From the NCBI GenBank assembly GCA_045803545.1, contig JBJMOW010000005.1, forward strand, positions 1,056,001-1,120,000: 64,000 bases of DNA, given 5' to 3'. Below the pieces are notes generated by a model. That model did no database searches. It was not told the origin of the DNA and saw only the letters and a list, made by a program, of their open reading frames with translations. The position numbers and the translations under genes were made by a program. The stretch is from Gemmatimonadaceae bacterium (GTDB lineage: Bacteria > Gemmatimonadota > Gemmatimonadetes > Gemmatimonadales > Gemmatimonadaceae). This document shows, in pieces, positions 1-9,597 of this stretch; the stretch's first letter is position 1, and the number at the start of each line of letters is the position of its first letter.

Positions 1-113
1 GATGCGCTGGAGACCTGTGTCTCTTCCGTCGTGGCGACGAAGACACCCGCAACCAGGACGGCGATCAGGAGCATCACAAGGAGAGCAGCGGCCAGCACAA
101 AGCCCCTTCTCAT
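1..113 (-). CDS. PilX-like minor pilin N-terminus (partial, runs off window)
   Basis: Read manually: ATG at 113 gives MRRGFVLAAALLVMLLIAVLVAGVFVATTEETQ. Basic leader + G|F + hydrophobic helix without Glu5, as in PilX. ATGA overlap with the stop of the upstream pilin gene. Confidence 0.75.
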   Translation of the reverse strand, partial: MRRGFVLAAALLVMLLIAVLVAGVFVATTEETQVSSA

Positions 114-1036
114 TCGAGGCGGTTTCGAATGGCAACCGACACCCGCGCCGAATCACTCGGTACCCAACGGCGTCCTTCGAGGAGGAGGCTCTGCCGGCTG
201 GCGGCACGCGCAGTGACGTCGACTCGTCCCAGGGACATCGGTGACGTGGCAACTCGAGCGCCGGCACGATCGAAGTATTCGAACACGAGCCCGGATTGGG
301 TCGGGTCGCGGCTATAGGGGCGGTAAGGGCCACTTACTGGCTGGACGGTACCGCAGATCGATGGCCCGATCGCGTTGCAGCGACGATAACCGAGATACCA
401 TTCACCGTCCGACGCGCGGTACAAGCTGTAGCGATTGCGACGAACGAATCTCACTGGCGAGCCTGGATGCACTTCGCCGTTCAAAGGAGCTTGTAGCGAC
501 ACGAAGAACGCCGCGCCCGCGCTGCCTCCCAACTCCGAGCCACCCGAAAAAGCGGACTCCGGCGGACACGTTGTCGCCGCCACCCGACTACTGAACGCTA
601 CAATCCTTGTCCGCTGCCATCTCTGAGAAGAAGGTCCCGAGTCGGTGTAGAAGACCGCGAGGTCACCCGTATCCGGCTGGATCGCAAAGGATGTCAGACC
701 GGCGGCCGGACTCAGTCCTATCTCCGAGTCGCCAAGGCGCTGGCAAACGACAGAGCTTCCAATGGCCGAGAAGAACTCGATCGCTGAATCTGCCAGCAGC
801 CGCGCGGTATCGGCCACGGACATACCGCGCAAGTCAGTGCTAAGAACTTCGATCGCGTCGCGAACGCTTTGCCTCGTCGTGATCAATTCGCTGCCGCCGA
901 GGTAGAAACGTTGCTGCCGCAGCAACAGCAAGCCGATTGTGCTGCCAATGATGCCGGCAATTGCCAACACCGCCGTGAGCTCGATCAAGCTGTACCCGCG
1001 CGCCCGTTTTAGCAGCGCAGTCTCCTCGGCGCGCAT
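110..1036 (-). CDS. Prepilin-type N-terminal cleavage/methylation protein (PilW-like minor pilin)
   Basis: RG|YSLIEL class III signal followed by hydrophobic helix; Cys pairs; sits between PilV-like and PilX-like genes. Confidence 0.85.
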   Translation of the reverse strand: MRAEETALLKRARGYSLIELTAVLAIAGIIGSTIGLLLLRQQRFYLGGSELITTRQSVRDAIEVLSTDLRGMSVADTARLLADSAIEFFSAIGSSVVCQRLGDSEIGLSPAAGLTSFAIQPDTGDLAVFYTDSGPSSQRWQRTRIVAFSSRVAATTCPPESAFSGGSELGGSAGAAFFVSLQAPLNGEVHPGSPVRFVRRNRYSLYRASDGEWYLGYRRCNAIGPSICGTVQPVSGPYRPYSRDPTQSGLVFEYFDRAGARVATSPMSLGRVDVTARAASRQSLLLEGRRWVPSDSARVSVAIRNRLE

Positions 1037-1209
1037 TGGGAGATCAGCACCTCGGTGCGGTTCGCTGCTTCACGCGCGACAGCGGCCCTTCTAGCGTCCC
1101 CGCTTAGCTCTCGCGCAATAACAGCGCTGGTGCTGGCGAGCGCCAGCCCGCCAACGCAGAACACGAACACCGCGACTACGGTTTCGATCAGTGTGTATCC
1201 GTGAGGCAC
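1009..1209 (-). CDS. Short prepilin-type protein (PilV-like)
   Basis: GTG start, HG|YTLIETVVAVFVFCVGGLALA class III signal; only 66 aa; in-frame TAG just upstream. Confidence 0.7.
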   Translation of the reverse strand: MPHGYTLIETVVAVFVFCVGGLALASTSAVIARELSGDARRAAVAREAANRTEVLISQCAPRRLRC

Positions 1210-1271
1210 GCGACGACTCTAGTCGAAGCTGCCACTGTCTGCGTCATTCGCGCGTTGCGCGCGAAATCAAA

Positions 1272-2654
1272 TCACTTGGGCTCGGTGGCCAGTCCGTAAC
1301 GCGACAGCTTGCGATACAAGGTCGAGGGATCGATGCCGAGGACTTCAGCCGTGCGCGGCTTGTTGCCGCCCTCGTTTTCCAACACCCACATGATGTATGC
1401 GCGCTCGATCGTATCGAGCGTCGGATTGGTCTGCACTGCTTCGCTCACCAGCGGGTCGGACTTCGGCTCGACGACGCGCTCCGGCAATGCAGACAGCGGA
1501 ATGGTGTTGCCCTTGGCCAGAATTACCGCGCGCTCCAGCGCGTTCTCGAGCTCTCGCACGTTACCAGGCCACGAATAGCGCTGCATCGCCTCCAACGTAT
1601 CGGGCTCCAGGGTTCTCGCCGGCTCGCTCCTCGCTTCTCCCGCGCGCCTCAGGAACGCTTCCGACAGCAACGGGATGTCGCCCGGACGATTGCGCAGCGG
1701 CGGCAGCACGATCGAGATCACATTCAGTCGATAGTAGAGATCGCTCCGAAAGCTGCCGCGCTTGATCTCGTCTTCGAGATCTCGATTCGTCGCCGCGACG
1801 ACGCGCGCGTTGACAGGCTTTGCTTCGGTAGCGCCGACGGGGATGATCTCACGCTGCTGCAGCACCCGCAGCAGCTTCACCTGCGTCGCCGCGGTCGTCT
1901 CGCCGATCTCGTCCAGGAAAAAGGTGCCTTCGCCAGCCGCCGAGAAGAGTCCTTCCTTGTCGCGCGATGCGCCGGTGAAAGATCCTTTGACGTGACCGAA
2001 CAGCTCGCTCTCCAGCAGACTCTCCGGCAGCGCGCCGCAGTTGATCGAGAGGAAGGGCTTGTTGCCGCGGGGCGACAACTCGTGGATGTAGCGGGCGACG
2101 ACTTCCTTACCCGTCCCAGATTCTCCCTGCAGCAACACGGTCGAATCCGTGGTCGCCACTGACTCCGCCACCTGCAGCGCGTCCAGCCACGTCTTGCTGT
2201 TGCCGACGGGCCGGCCGCCCTTCTCTTTCCTCTTGGCATCCGAGCGCAGCACGCGAGTCTCGCGTTTGAGATTGCGATGCTCCGCTGCTCGGCGGAGGAT
2301 GGTCACCAGCTCTTCGTTCTTGAACGGCTTCTGGATGTAGTAAAAGGCGCCGTTGTTCACTGCCCCGATCGCCGACTGCAGGCTCGCCTGCGCCGTCATC
2401 AGAATCACGACCGCGTCGGGGTCGTGCGCGCGCACCGAGGACAGGATGTCGAGACCGGTGACGTCCGGCATTCTGACGTCGGTGATGATCAGGTCGGGCT
2501 TGAGTGCCGCGATCTGCTCGAGGCCTTTCTTGCCGCCGAGTGCAGTGTAGGGAATGAATCCTTCGCTCTTCAAAAGAATGCGTACGGCGTCAAGAATTCC
2601 CTGTTCGTCGTCAATGACGAGGACCGACGGGGCGGAGCTGGTGACGGTTGTCAC
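1272..2654 (-). CDS. Sigma-54-dependent response regulator (NtrC/PilR family)
   Basis: Receiver domain (VLVIDDE, D-VRMP), AAA+ (GESGTGKE, GSFTGA, FFLDEIGE, WPGNVRELEN), C-terminal Fis HTH. Confidence 0.95.
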   Translation of the reverse strand: MTTVTSSAPSVLVIDDEQGILDAVRILLKSEGFIPYTALGGKKGLEQIAALKPDLIITDVRMPDVTGLDILSSVRAHDPDAVVILMTAQASLQSAIGAVNNGAFYYIQKPFKNEELVTILRRAAEHRNLKRETRVLRSDAKRKEKGGRPVGNSKTWLDALQVAESVATTDSTVLLQGESGTGKEVVARYIHELSPRGNKPFLSINCGALPESLLESELFGHVKGSFTGASRDKEGLFSAAGEGTFFLDEIGETTAATQVKLLRVLQQREIIPVGATEAKPVNARVVAATNRDLEDEIKRGSFRSDLYYRLNVISIVLPPLRNRPGDIPLLSEAFLRRAGEARSEPARTLEPDTLEAMQRYSWPGNVRELENALERAVILAKGNTIPLSALPERVVEPKSDPLVSEAVQTNPTLDTIERAYIMWVLENEGGNKPRTAEVLGIDPSTLYRKLSRYGLATEPK

Positions 2655-4072
2655 GCGGGCCTCTTGAGGTTTGCCCTCGGCGTGCGGCGACGCGATGCTA
2701 CTTCCTCACCCAGCTTGGGGATGATCACCGTGAATTTCGTGCCGCTTCCTCTGCCGCTGCTATCGACCAGGATGAAGCCGTGATGTGCTTCGACAGCGCG
2801 ATGGACGATCGACAGGCCAAGTCCGCTCCCGCCGGTCTTCGTCGTCACAAAGGGCTCGAACAATCTTTCCTTGATAGAGTCTGCGATACCGCGGCCGTTG
2901 TCGCTGACCTGGATCATCAGCGCGCCGCGCGTGAAGTGCGACGCCTGAGGCGGCAAATGCTGGTGCGAGATCTCGGAAGCTTCGATCACAACTTCGTCGC
3001 CAGGAGAAGAAGCCTGCACTGCGTTTAACAGGAGGTTGAAGATCGCGCGGTGTAGCAGATCGTCATCGCCAACGACGACCAGTGACTTTGAAGGAAACAC
3101 CTCGCGGATGCGCACGTTCTCGGGCTTGCTCGGATGGCGGGCGACTAGATCGGCAGCGTGATGCGCAATCTCGACAAGGTCCGCCTTCCGCACGCTGGTA
3201 ACGCCAGTGCGCGCGAAATCGAGGAACTCGGAGAGCAAACGTGACAATCGATCCGACTCGCGCTGAACGAGCTTGGTCAGCGTTCTGGTGTCTTCGTCTG
3301 CGGCCGGCACTTTCGCCAGCAGCTCGGCGGCGCTTCTGATTGAAGCCAGCGGATTCTTGATCTCGTGCGCGAGCGAGGCACTCAGCTCGGCGACGGCCTC
3401 AAGTCGCTCGGCGCGGGTATGAAGACGCTCGACGTCAGCCTCACGAAGCCTGAACGCGGCCAACTCTGCGGCCATCTCTTCCCGATTGCCGTGTGCCTCG
3501 CGCAGCCGCGCGCCGATATAGCCGCATCCGAGAGCTACCGCTCCGAAGATTCCCAGCTGTACCAATACTGGCGTGTCGAACACCGTCGAACGATCCGCGA
3601 TCGTGATCGAGAAGTAGAAGACATCGCCCAGCAACGCGATCAGCACGACGCCCGCCGGCGGCAGCAACAGCGCACTGATGGCGATGACCAGGATGTACAG
3701 CGGCGCCAATTGGGATAGCGTGGCGGTCTGCGTGACGTGAACGATCGCTGTCACAAGCAGCAGATCGAAGATCGTCTGCAGATAGAAGAACGTGTCGCCA
3801 AGACCGTTCGGCCGGCGCGCGGCGTACAACATCGAGCCGCCGGTGAAGAACATGCTCGCGATAAACGCCAGCGTCGTCAGCAGTGTCGCTGTACTGTCGG
3901 CACGCCGCCAAACGACGATGGCCGCAATGAAGATTGCCGATGCCAGCGAAAGCCGGCCGATATAGAGGACTCGAAGGACCCTCTCCCGCCCCCCGCTATT
4001 GGAAGCAGGAAGCGTTAGCGCTGGCTGAGGGGCCGCGGGACTGACCGGGACTGCCGGAAGCAAGTATTCCAA
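2651..4072 (-). CDS. Membrane sensor histidine kinase (PilS-like); start uncertain
   Basis: About 6 TM helices, H-box LAHEIKNPL, N-box NLLLNA, G1 DNGRG, G2 GSGLGL; stop overlaps the regulator start. Confidence 0.9.
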   Translation of the reverse strand: MEYLLPAVPVSPAAPQPALTLPASNSGGRERVLRVLYIGRLSLASAIFIAAIVVWRRADSTATLLTTLAFIASMFFTGGSMLYAARRPNGLGDTFFYLQTIFDLLLVTAIVHVTQTATLSQLAPLYILVIAISALLLPPAGVVLIALLGDVFYFSITIADRSTVFDTPVLVQLGIFGAVALGCGYIGARLREAHGNREEMAAELAAFRLREADVERLHTRAERLEAVAELSASLAHEIKNPLASIRSAAELLAKVPAADEDTRTLTKLVQRESDRLSRLLSEFLDFARTGVTSVRKADLVEIAHHAADLVARHPSKPENVRIREVFPSKSLVVVGDDDLLHRAIFNLLLNAVQASSPGDEVVIEASEISHQHLPPQASHFTRGALMIQVSDNGRGIADSIKERLFEPFVTTKTGGSGLGLSIVHRAVEAHHGFILVDSSGRGSGTKFTVIIPKLGEEVASRRRTPRANLKRPA

Positions 4073-4146
4073 GCTGCGTGGGTTAGAGACTGACGTCAAT
4101 AAGACGCTTCGGCGGGCTCCTAAGTCTCTACTACTATATAGATTAG

Positions 4147-5520
4147 ATGAATATGGTCCTGGGACTAGTTGCCGTGGAGGCCGCGGACCCTCCAAGTATC
4201 ACCGTGGCGACGAGCAGCATACTGGCAGTACTGGGACTCGTCGCCATCAACGGGTTCTTCGTGGCCGCCGAGTTTTCTTTGGTGGCTGCTCGACGCAGCA
4301 AGCTCGACGAGATGATCGCGAAGGGCGACCGTGGTGCAAGGGTCGTCCAGACCGCCCTCAAGGAAATCGATCGCTACATCGCCGCCACTCAACTCGGTAT
4401 CACGATCGCTTCACTGGCGCTGGGCTGGGTCGGCGAACCCGTACTCGCTCACCTTTTCGACCAGACGTTTCGATTCATCGGTCTGAATCCGTCGGCTACT
4501 GCCACGCACGTCGCGGCGGTCCCGGTCGCCTTCTTCCTCCTGACGTTCTTCCATATCGTGTTGGGCGAGCTGGCGCCAAAATCAATCGCGCTTGCCAGTC
4601 CGGAGAGGACCGCCAAGGCAGTCGCCCGGCCGTTGATGGTTTTCTCCCGTTTCATGTCGCCTCTGATCTGGTTGTTCAATGGAGCGGCCAACGGACTGCT
4701 GCGAATCTTCGGCGTCGAGCCAGCGAGCGATCAGGAAGGCCACAGTCCCGAGGAGATACGTTTTCTGGTGATGCAGGCGCACGCGCGCGGCACCCTCGAT
4801 GAGTCGGACAGGGCGATGCTGGCGGGCGTGCTCGATTTCCACGAGAAAAAAGCGCGGGACGTGATGCGGCCTCGAACAGACATCGTCGCGCTCGAAATCG
4901 AGTCTACAGAAGAAGAAGTCTGGGAAGCCCTGCGTCGCGAGCGGTATTCCCGTTATCCGGTCTACCGTGAATCACTCGACGATGTCATTGGCGTCTTCCT
5001 CGCCAAGGATTTGTGGCTTCATTCGGGAGACGCACCGTTCAATCTCGCCGACTTCGTCCGTGAGCCGATGTACGTTCCCGATAGTCGACCGGCCGAGCGC
5101 GTGCTGGACGATCTGCGCCGCACTCGCGCGCACATGGCAGTCGTGCTGGACGAGTACGGCGGCACCGCCGGGATCGTAACGATGGAGGATCTCGTCGAGG
5201 AAGTAGTCGGCGACATCTCCGACGAATACGATTTCGCGTCGCGTGAATCGATCGTGACTGATGGCGTGCTCGAGCTCGCCGGATCGATGTCGCTGATCGA
5301 CGTCCGCTCCGACTACCGCATTCCGATTCCTGAAGGCGACTGGACGACGCTGGGCGGTTACGCGTTCGCGAAGCTTGGTCGCCTGCCGCGGATGGGAGAC
5401 CGGATTCAGATTCCGGGTGGCGAGATGGAAGTCGTAGCGATGGATGGTCGCCGCATCGCGGCGTTGAGAATTCATCGGGCCGGCGTCAGACAGCCGGCGC
5501 CGGTGGCACAGCCGGCCTAA
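4147..5520 (+). CDS. HlyC/CorC (CNNM/DUF21-CBS-CorC) family transporter
   Basis: NGFFVAAEFSLV, TQLGITIASLALGW, GELAPK, CBS pair (YSRYPVY, VLDEYGGTAGIVTMEDLVEEVVG), C-terminal TLGG. Confidence 0.95.
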   Translation: MNMVLGLVAVEAADPPSITVATSSILAVLGLVAINGFFVAAEFSLVAARRSKLDEMIAKGDRGARVVQTALKEIDRYIAATQLGITIASLALGWVGEPVLAHLFDQTFRFIGLNPSATATHVAAVPVAFFLLTFFHIVLGELAPKSIALASPERTAKAVARPLMVFSRFMSPLIWLFNGAANGLLRIFGVEPASDQEGHSPEEIRFLVMQAHARGTLDESDRAMLAGVLDFHEKKARDVMRPRTDIVALEIESTEEEVWEALRRERYSRYPVYRESLDDVIGVFLAKDLWLHSGDAPFNLADFVREPMYVPDSRPAERVLDDLRRTRAHMAVVLDEYGGTAGIVTMEDLVEEVVGDISDEYDFASRESIVTDGVLELAGSMSLIDVRSDYRIPIPEGDWTTLGGYAFAKLGRLPRMGDRIQIPGGEMEVVAMDGRRIAALRIHRAGVRQPAPVAQPA

Positions 5521-7937
5521 AGTTTCCTTCTAAAGACCCCGCACGCGTCGACCGCGGTGGAGTCGCGCATGCGTTTCGCCCGCTCGATGCTGCATGGCAG
5601 GAGCGATGCGCGCGCAACCCAGTTGCCGCGCCGCCGCGCGCCGAGATCGGAGACGAACCGGTCGACCAATGGCGCTCGCTTCGGATCGAATGCCGAGAGC
5701 GCGGCCGCAGACTTGATTGCGAGATCACTCTCGCGCGACCGAACGTAGAGCAGCGGCAGATGCGCCGCCACCGCGAGATCGGCGCTCGGAATCGGACGGT
5801 CGATCGGCTCGCTCCGATCCCACACCGCTTCGGTGTACTTGGCTTCGAGATAATCCGAGTAAAGCTTCGCTGCTGATCCACTGCGTCCGGAGAACTCGAG
5901 TCGTTTGCCCATCGCGAGGTAGATGTCGGGCGAGCCGACATAGCCGTGACGCAGCGAGCTTTGCAGCATCACGAGGGCGGAGTCACTTTTGCGCGCCCCG
6001 AGATAAGCACTGGCAAGACGGTAGCGCGGCTCTCCGAGCATTGGATCACTCTTCACTGCATCGTTGAGCACCACAATCGCCCGCTCGTAATCGCGCTGGT
6101 CGAGATATACGTTCGCAAGCGCAAGCCTTTGCTCGACGCGGTGCGGACTCAGATCGATCGCCTTATGCAGCACGTCAATCGCCTGCTGTCGGTAAGCCGA
6201 GGCGTGGTAGAACTCGGCGGCGAACATCAGCAAGCCGGCCTCGTGGGTGTAGAGCCTGTCGTTCAATGAGTCGTGCGCTATCTCCTTTGCAAATGCGTCG
6301 AGCGACTGTTTGATTGCCCGATCCACCTCCAGGCGTTCCGGTTGGTCGCGCTGAATCTCGGCGAGATCTGACCGCAAAGTGCTGAGGTACTGCGCCATGA
6401 CCATCGGCGTGTGTGCAGTTTGGGGCGCGTGGGAGCGAGCGAGGATGTCGTATTGCGAAAGTGTCGCGTCGATTGTCCCGCGCGGCGAGTCGATCTTTGC
6501 GAGCGCACGATCGGCGCGCAGCGGAGCGTAGCCTTCCCAGATTAGCGCACCAACGAGCACAGACATCAGGGCAATCGCGAGCACCGGCTTGCTTACGGGG
6601 ACCGGTGTCTCGCTGGTGGCCGGCTCCAACACAATCGACCCGACCGTTCCGCGCGACGCGATCAGTGCCGCCAGCATGATCCAGAGCATCGTCGAGTTCA
6701 AATCGAAGAACCAGAACACCAGATAAATCGCGTACGCTGCCTGCAAGCCGCTGAGCACCGCGAGCGATACGACATTCAGTCGACCAGCCCGATACGCGCG
6801 CGACAAAGTCACACCGATCGCAATCCAGATTGCGGCGAATGCAAGGATTCCGATCAGGCCGCCCGTAGCGAGCATCTCCAGGTACTCGTTGTGAGTCCGA
6901 TCGAAGACGTCAGTGTCGAGCCGATAAATATTGGGATCGAAATGCGCGCTCCAAACCAGATTGTGTGCCTCGGGACCGTAACCGAGGAATGGGCGATCCT
7001 TGAAACCCTCGATCGCGGCGCGCCATTGCATTGTGCGGGACTCATCTCTACCCGCCGGATTGGTCGCCGCGAGTCGCTCCAACACTTCTGGCATGTTCCG
7101 AGAAAACGCGCTCGAGGGGAATGTCTTGACGATGATCGCGCTGCCGCCAACTACGATGCTGAGCGTGACTGCCGCCAGCAGTACGGCAATTCGAATCCTG
7201 CGTCCCGCGCTGATTGCGGCGTAGATGACCGCGCCGAACAATCCTGCTGCTACCAATCCGATAATTGTGCTGCGATTCTCGGCGAAAATGAGTGCGAGAA
7301 GATTGGTAAGCGCGGCGGCGAGATACAGCAGTCGAAAGCGCGCGCTGATGGAAGCGAGGTACGCAGCGGTCGCAATTCCCATCAGCAGGTACGCCGCCAA
7401 CAATCCGGGGTTTCCGATCGTCGCGCTGCTTGCGCCGATATAATCTGCGGGCGACGGCGACGCTGCGAGCTGGAAGTGCTCCACTATCCCGATCACGCTG
7501 ACAATCAGACTGACGACGAGTGCCCCATTCAAAACCCACCGCCAATCCTCATCGCGCAGCGTGCGCAGTAGGAGGAAGAAGAGCAGTAGATGAACCCAGG
7601 CCCATACTCCGCCCATCCGCTCGAAGTCGCCGAAAAGGCTATGCATGCGCGCCGGCGAGAACAGCGCGGAGAGAAATGAAGCGGCAACAAAGACAAGGAG
7701 CGTCCAGAAGATCGGCTCATCCCGCAGATCGATCGTTTTGCCGCTGAAACACACCGCGAGAACGAGCGCGCCGATGCCCAGCTCGACGATGACGCGAAAG
7801 AAAATGTTGCGCGGTACAACGTAGGGGAAAAAGAAACCGGAACCGACGATCAGCGGAACGAATAGAGATGCAAGCAACAGCACGATGATCGCGTTGCGCC
7901 AGGAAAGCTCGGGCAGGACAGCTCTGGAAATTCGCAT
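5517..7937 (-). CDS. O-antigen ligase (Wzy_C) family membrane protein with C-terminal TPRs
   Basis: Multi-TM; TIGNPGLLAAYL, R..W..AI...PFLGYG, HNEYLEMLATGGLIG; TPR-like helices in the C-terminal third. Confidence 0.85.
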   Translation of the reverse strand: MRISRAVLPELSWRNAIIVLLLASLFVPLIVGSGFFFPYVVPRNIFFRVIVELGIGALVLAVCFSGKTIDLRDEPIFWTLLVFVAASFLSALFSPARMHSLFGDFERMGGVWAWVHLLLFFLLLRTLRDEDWRWVLNGALVVSLIVSVIGIVEHFQLAASPSPADYIGASSATIGNPGLLAAYLLMGIATAAYLASISARFRLLYLAAALTNLLALIFAENRSTIIGLVAAGLFGAVIYAAISAGRRIRIAVLLAAVTLSIVVGGSAIIVKTFPSSAFSRNMPEVLERLAATNPAGRDESRTMQWRAAIEGFKDRPFLGYGPEAHNLVWSAHFDPNIYRLDTDVFDRTHNEYLEMLATGGLIGILAFAAIWIAIGVTLSRAYRAGRLNVVSLAVLSGLQAAYAIYLVFWFFDLNSTMLWIMLAALIASRGTVGSIVLEPATSETPVPVSKPVLAIALMSVLVGALIWEGYAPLRADRALAKIDSPRGTIDATLSQYDILARSHAPQTAHTPMVMAQYLSTLRSDLAEIQRDQPERLEVDRAIKQSLDAFAKEIAHDSLNDRLYTHEAGLLMFAAEFYHASAYRQQAIDVLHKAIDLSPHRVEQRLALANVYLDQRDYERAIVVLNDAVKSDPMLGEPRYRLASAYLGARKSDSALVMLQSSLRHGYVGSPDIYLAMGKRLEFSGRSGSAAKLYSDYLEAKYTEAVWDRSEPIDRPIPSADLAVAAHLPLLYVRSRESDLAIKSAAALSAFDPKRAPLVDRFVSDLGARRRGNWVARASLLPCSIERAKRMRDSTAVDACGVFRRKL

Positions 7938-7938
7938 C

Positions 7939-8655
7939 TCAGTTGCCCGGGCTCTGCGTCAGCTGGTCGAGAAGGGCCGGAGTAATCGTGTGTCCGCCCT
8001 GGAACCTTATCATCTCATACGAGATCCCGAGGTGCTTCAGTTTCGCCTCTTCGCTCTGGATACGTTCGACGCTCGCGAACTCGTCAGCGTCGCCGAATGT
8101 CACCGTCACCGGTCCGTGCAATGTCAGTCGCGCCGCGGCTCGTTCATCCAATTCCGCAGGCAACATACCGGAGGCCACGACAAGGCGGTCCGGCTCGACT
8201 TTCCCTCTCACGACCCAGCGGACCACTGTCGAAGCACCCTGAGAAAACCCGAGCACCCAGAGCCGCACTTTCGCGCGATCGACGACACTGAAAACCTCGT
8301 CATGAAGCAGGTCGAGATAGCTGACGTAATCGTCGATCTCTGATTCACGATCCTCCGACGTCATCCAGCTGGCGCCGATAGGAGTTCCCGGAGGATGCGG
8401 CCCGCCTTTAGGAGGCGAGAGGTAATAGCGTGAGAGCGCTTCCGGCGCAATGAACAGGCGTCGCGGGCTCTCGAGCGGAAGGAAACGAGAGAGAAATCGC
8501 GCTGCGAGATGCCCGTGTCCGTGACAAACAAACCAGACCTCGCTCAGATCCGCCTCGAGCGAGCCCAGCATCGCATAGCGCGCTGAGCGGGGAACTGTCA
8601 GGTGGCGCTGCTCGAAGACACGGTGGTCTTTAGGCTGCGCCTGAGGGGTTGTCAC
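7939..8655 (-). CDS. Phospholipase/carboxylesterase (alpha/beta hydrolase)
   Basis: CHG motif, nucleophile GFSQG, GDADE, C-terminal GGH. Confidence 0.85.
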   Translation of the reverse strand: MTTPQAQPKDHRVFEQRHLTVPRSARYAMLGSLEADLSEVWFVCHGHGHLAARFLSRFLPLESPRRLFIAPEALSRYYLSPPKGGPHPPGTPIGASWMTSEDRESEIDDYVSYLDLLHDEVFSVVDRAKVRLWVLGFSQGASTVVRWVVRGKVEPDRLVVASGMLPAELDERAAARLTLHGPVTVTFGDADEFASVERIQSEEAKLKHLGISYEMIRFQGGHTITPALLDQLTQSPGN

Positions 8656-8750
8656 GATGAGAATCTGCGATTTGGAAGGTAGGGCTGGAACATGACTTGC
8701 CCACTTCAGGAATCTACCATTTCGAGTCCGAGATGGTTCACACGACTGCT

Positions 8751-9590
8751 ATGAACACGGCTCTAAATACGCAGCTGTATCGATTGATCGCCGCGGCCTA
8801 CCTCTGCGCGATGGTTGGTTGCTCCGTATCGCAGGATCAGGAAGTCGAGCTGGGCCGCCAAAACGCTGCCCAGATCAACGCGCAGTTGCCAATCATCCAG
8901 GACCCCGCGGTCGCGAACTATATCCAGGACCTCGGCATGTCGATCGCGAGCAAGACGAGCCGCAGCGATCTGGATTGGCACTTCTATGTTGTAAATACAA
9001 AACAAGTCAACGCATTCGCGCTGCCGGGCGGGTTCGTCTACGTCAATCGCGGCCTGATAGAGAGCGCCGACAGCCTCGACGAGCTGGCTGGCACACTCGG
9101 CCATGAAATTGGCCACGTCGTCGAGCGACACTCGGTAAAGCAGATGGAGCAAGCCCAGAAGACCAACATTGGTATCGGTGTTCTGTGCACCCTCACCAAC
9201 ATCTGTCACAGCGGGATCGCGCAGGCGGCGGTGCAGGTTGGTGGCTCGGCGTACTTCGCTCGGCACAGCCGGCTTGACGAGCTACAGGCTGATTCCGAAG
9301 GCGTCGTCAACGTCTCGAGGGCGGGTTACGATCCGCACGGAATTCCCGAGCTGTTTCAGGTGCTGCTCAAGGAGCGCGAATATCAGCCGACGAAGGTGGA
9401 AGGATGGTTCATGGATCATCCACTGGAGGAAGCGCGAATCTCGAAGGCGGATCAGTTGATCAAGACGCTGCCGGAGGCGAGAGGAAAACAATTCCTCGCC
9501 GACACCCCGGAATTTCACGCATTCAAGAATCGAGTCGCCGCTCTACCCGTTCCGCCAGAGCCAGCGCAGGTCCCGGGACAAGGCCCGTAA
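8751..9590 (+). CDS. M48 family metallopeptidase, lipoprotein
   Basis: Lipobox MVG|C, NAFALPGG, HEIGH, ELQAD, DHP; start could be 8733. Confidence 0.92.
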   Translation: MNTALNTQLYRLIAAAYLCAMVGCSVSQDQEVELGRQNAAQINAQLPIIQDPAVANYIQDLGMSIASKTSRSDLDWHFYVVNTKQVNAFALPGGFVYVNRGLIESADSLDELAGTLGHEIGHVVERHSVKQMEQAQKTNIGIGVLCTLTNICHSGIAQAAVQVGGSAYFARHSRLDELQADSEGVVNVSRAGYDPHGIPELFQVLLKEREYQPTKVEGWFMDHPLEEARISKADQLIKTLPEARGKQFLADTPEFHAFKNRVAALPVPPEPAQVPGQGP

Positions 9591-9597
9591 CGGGGCG

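Noticed and set aside
1191..2162. Long opposite-strand ORFs (also 9766-10782, 11165-12217, 17088-17963, 54679-55548)
   Set aside because: They mirror well-supported genes, lack motifs, and are expected in high-GC DNA.
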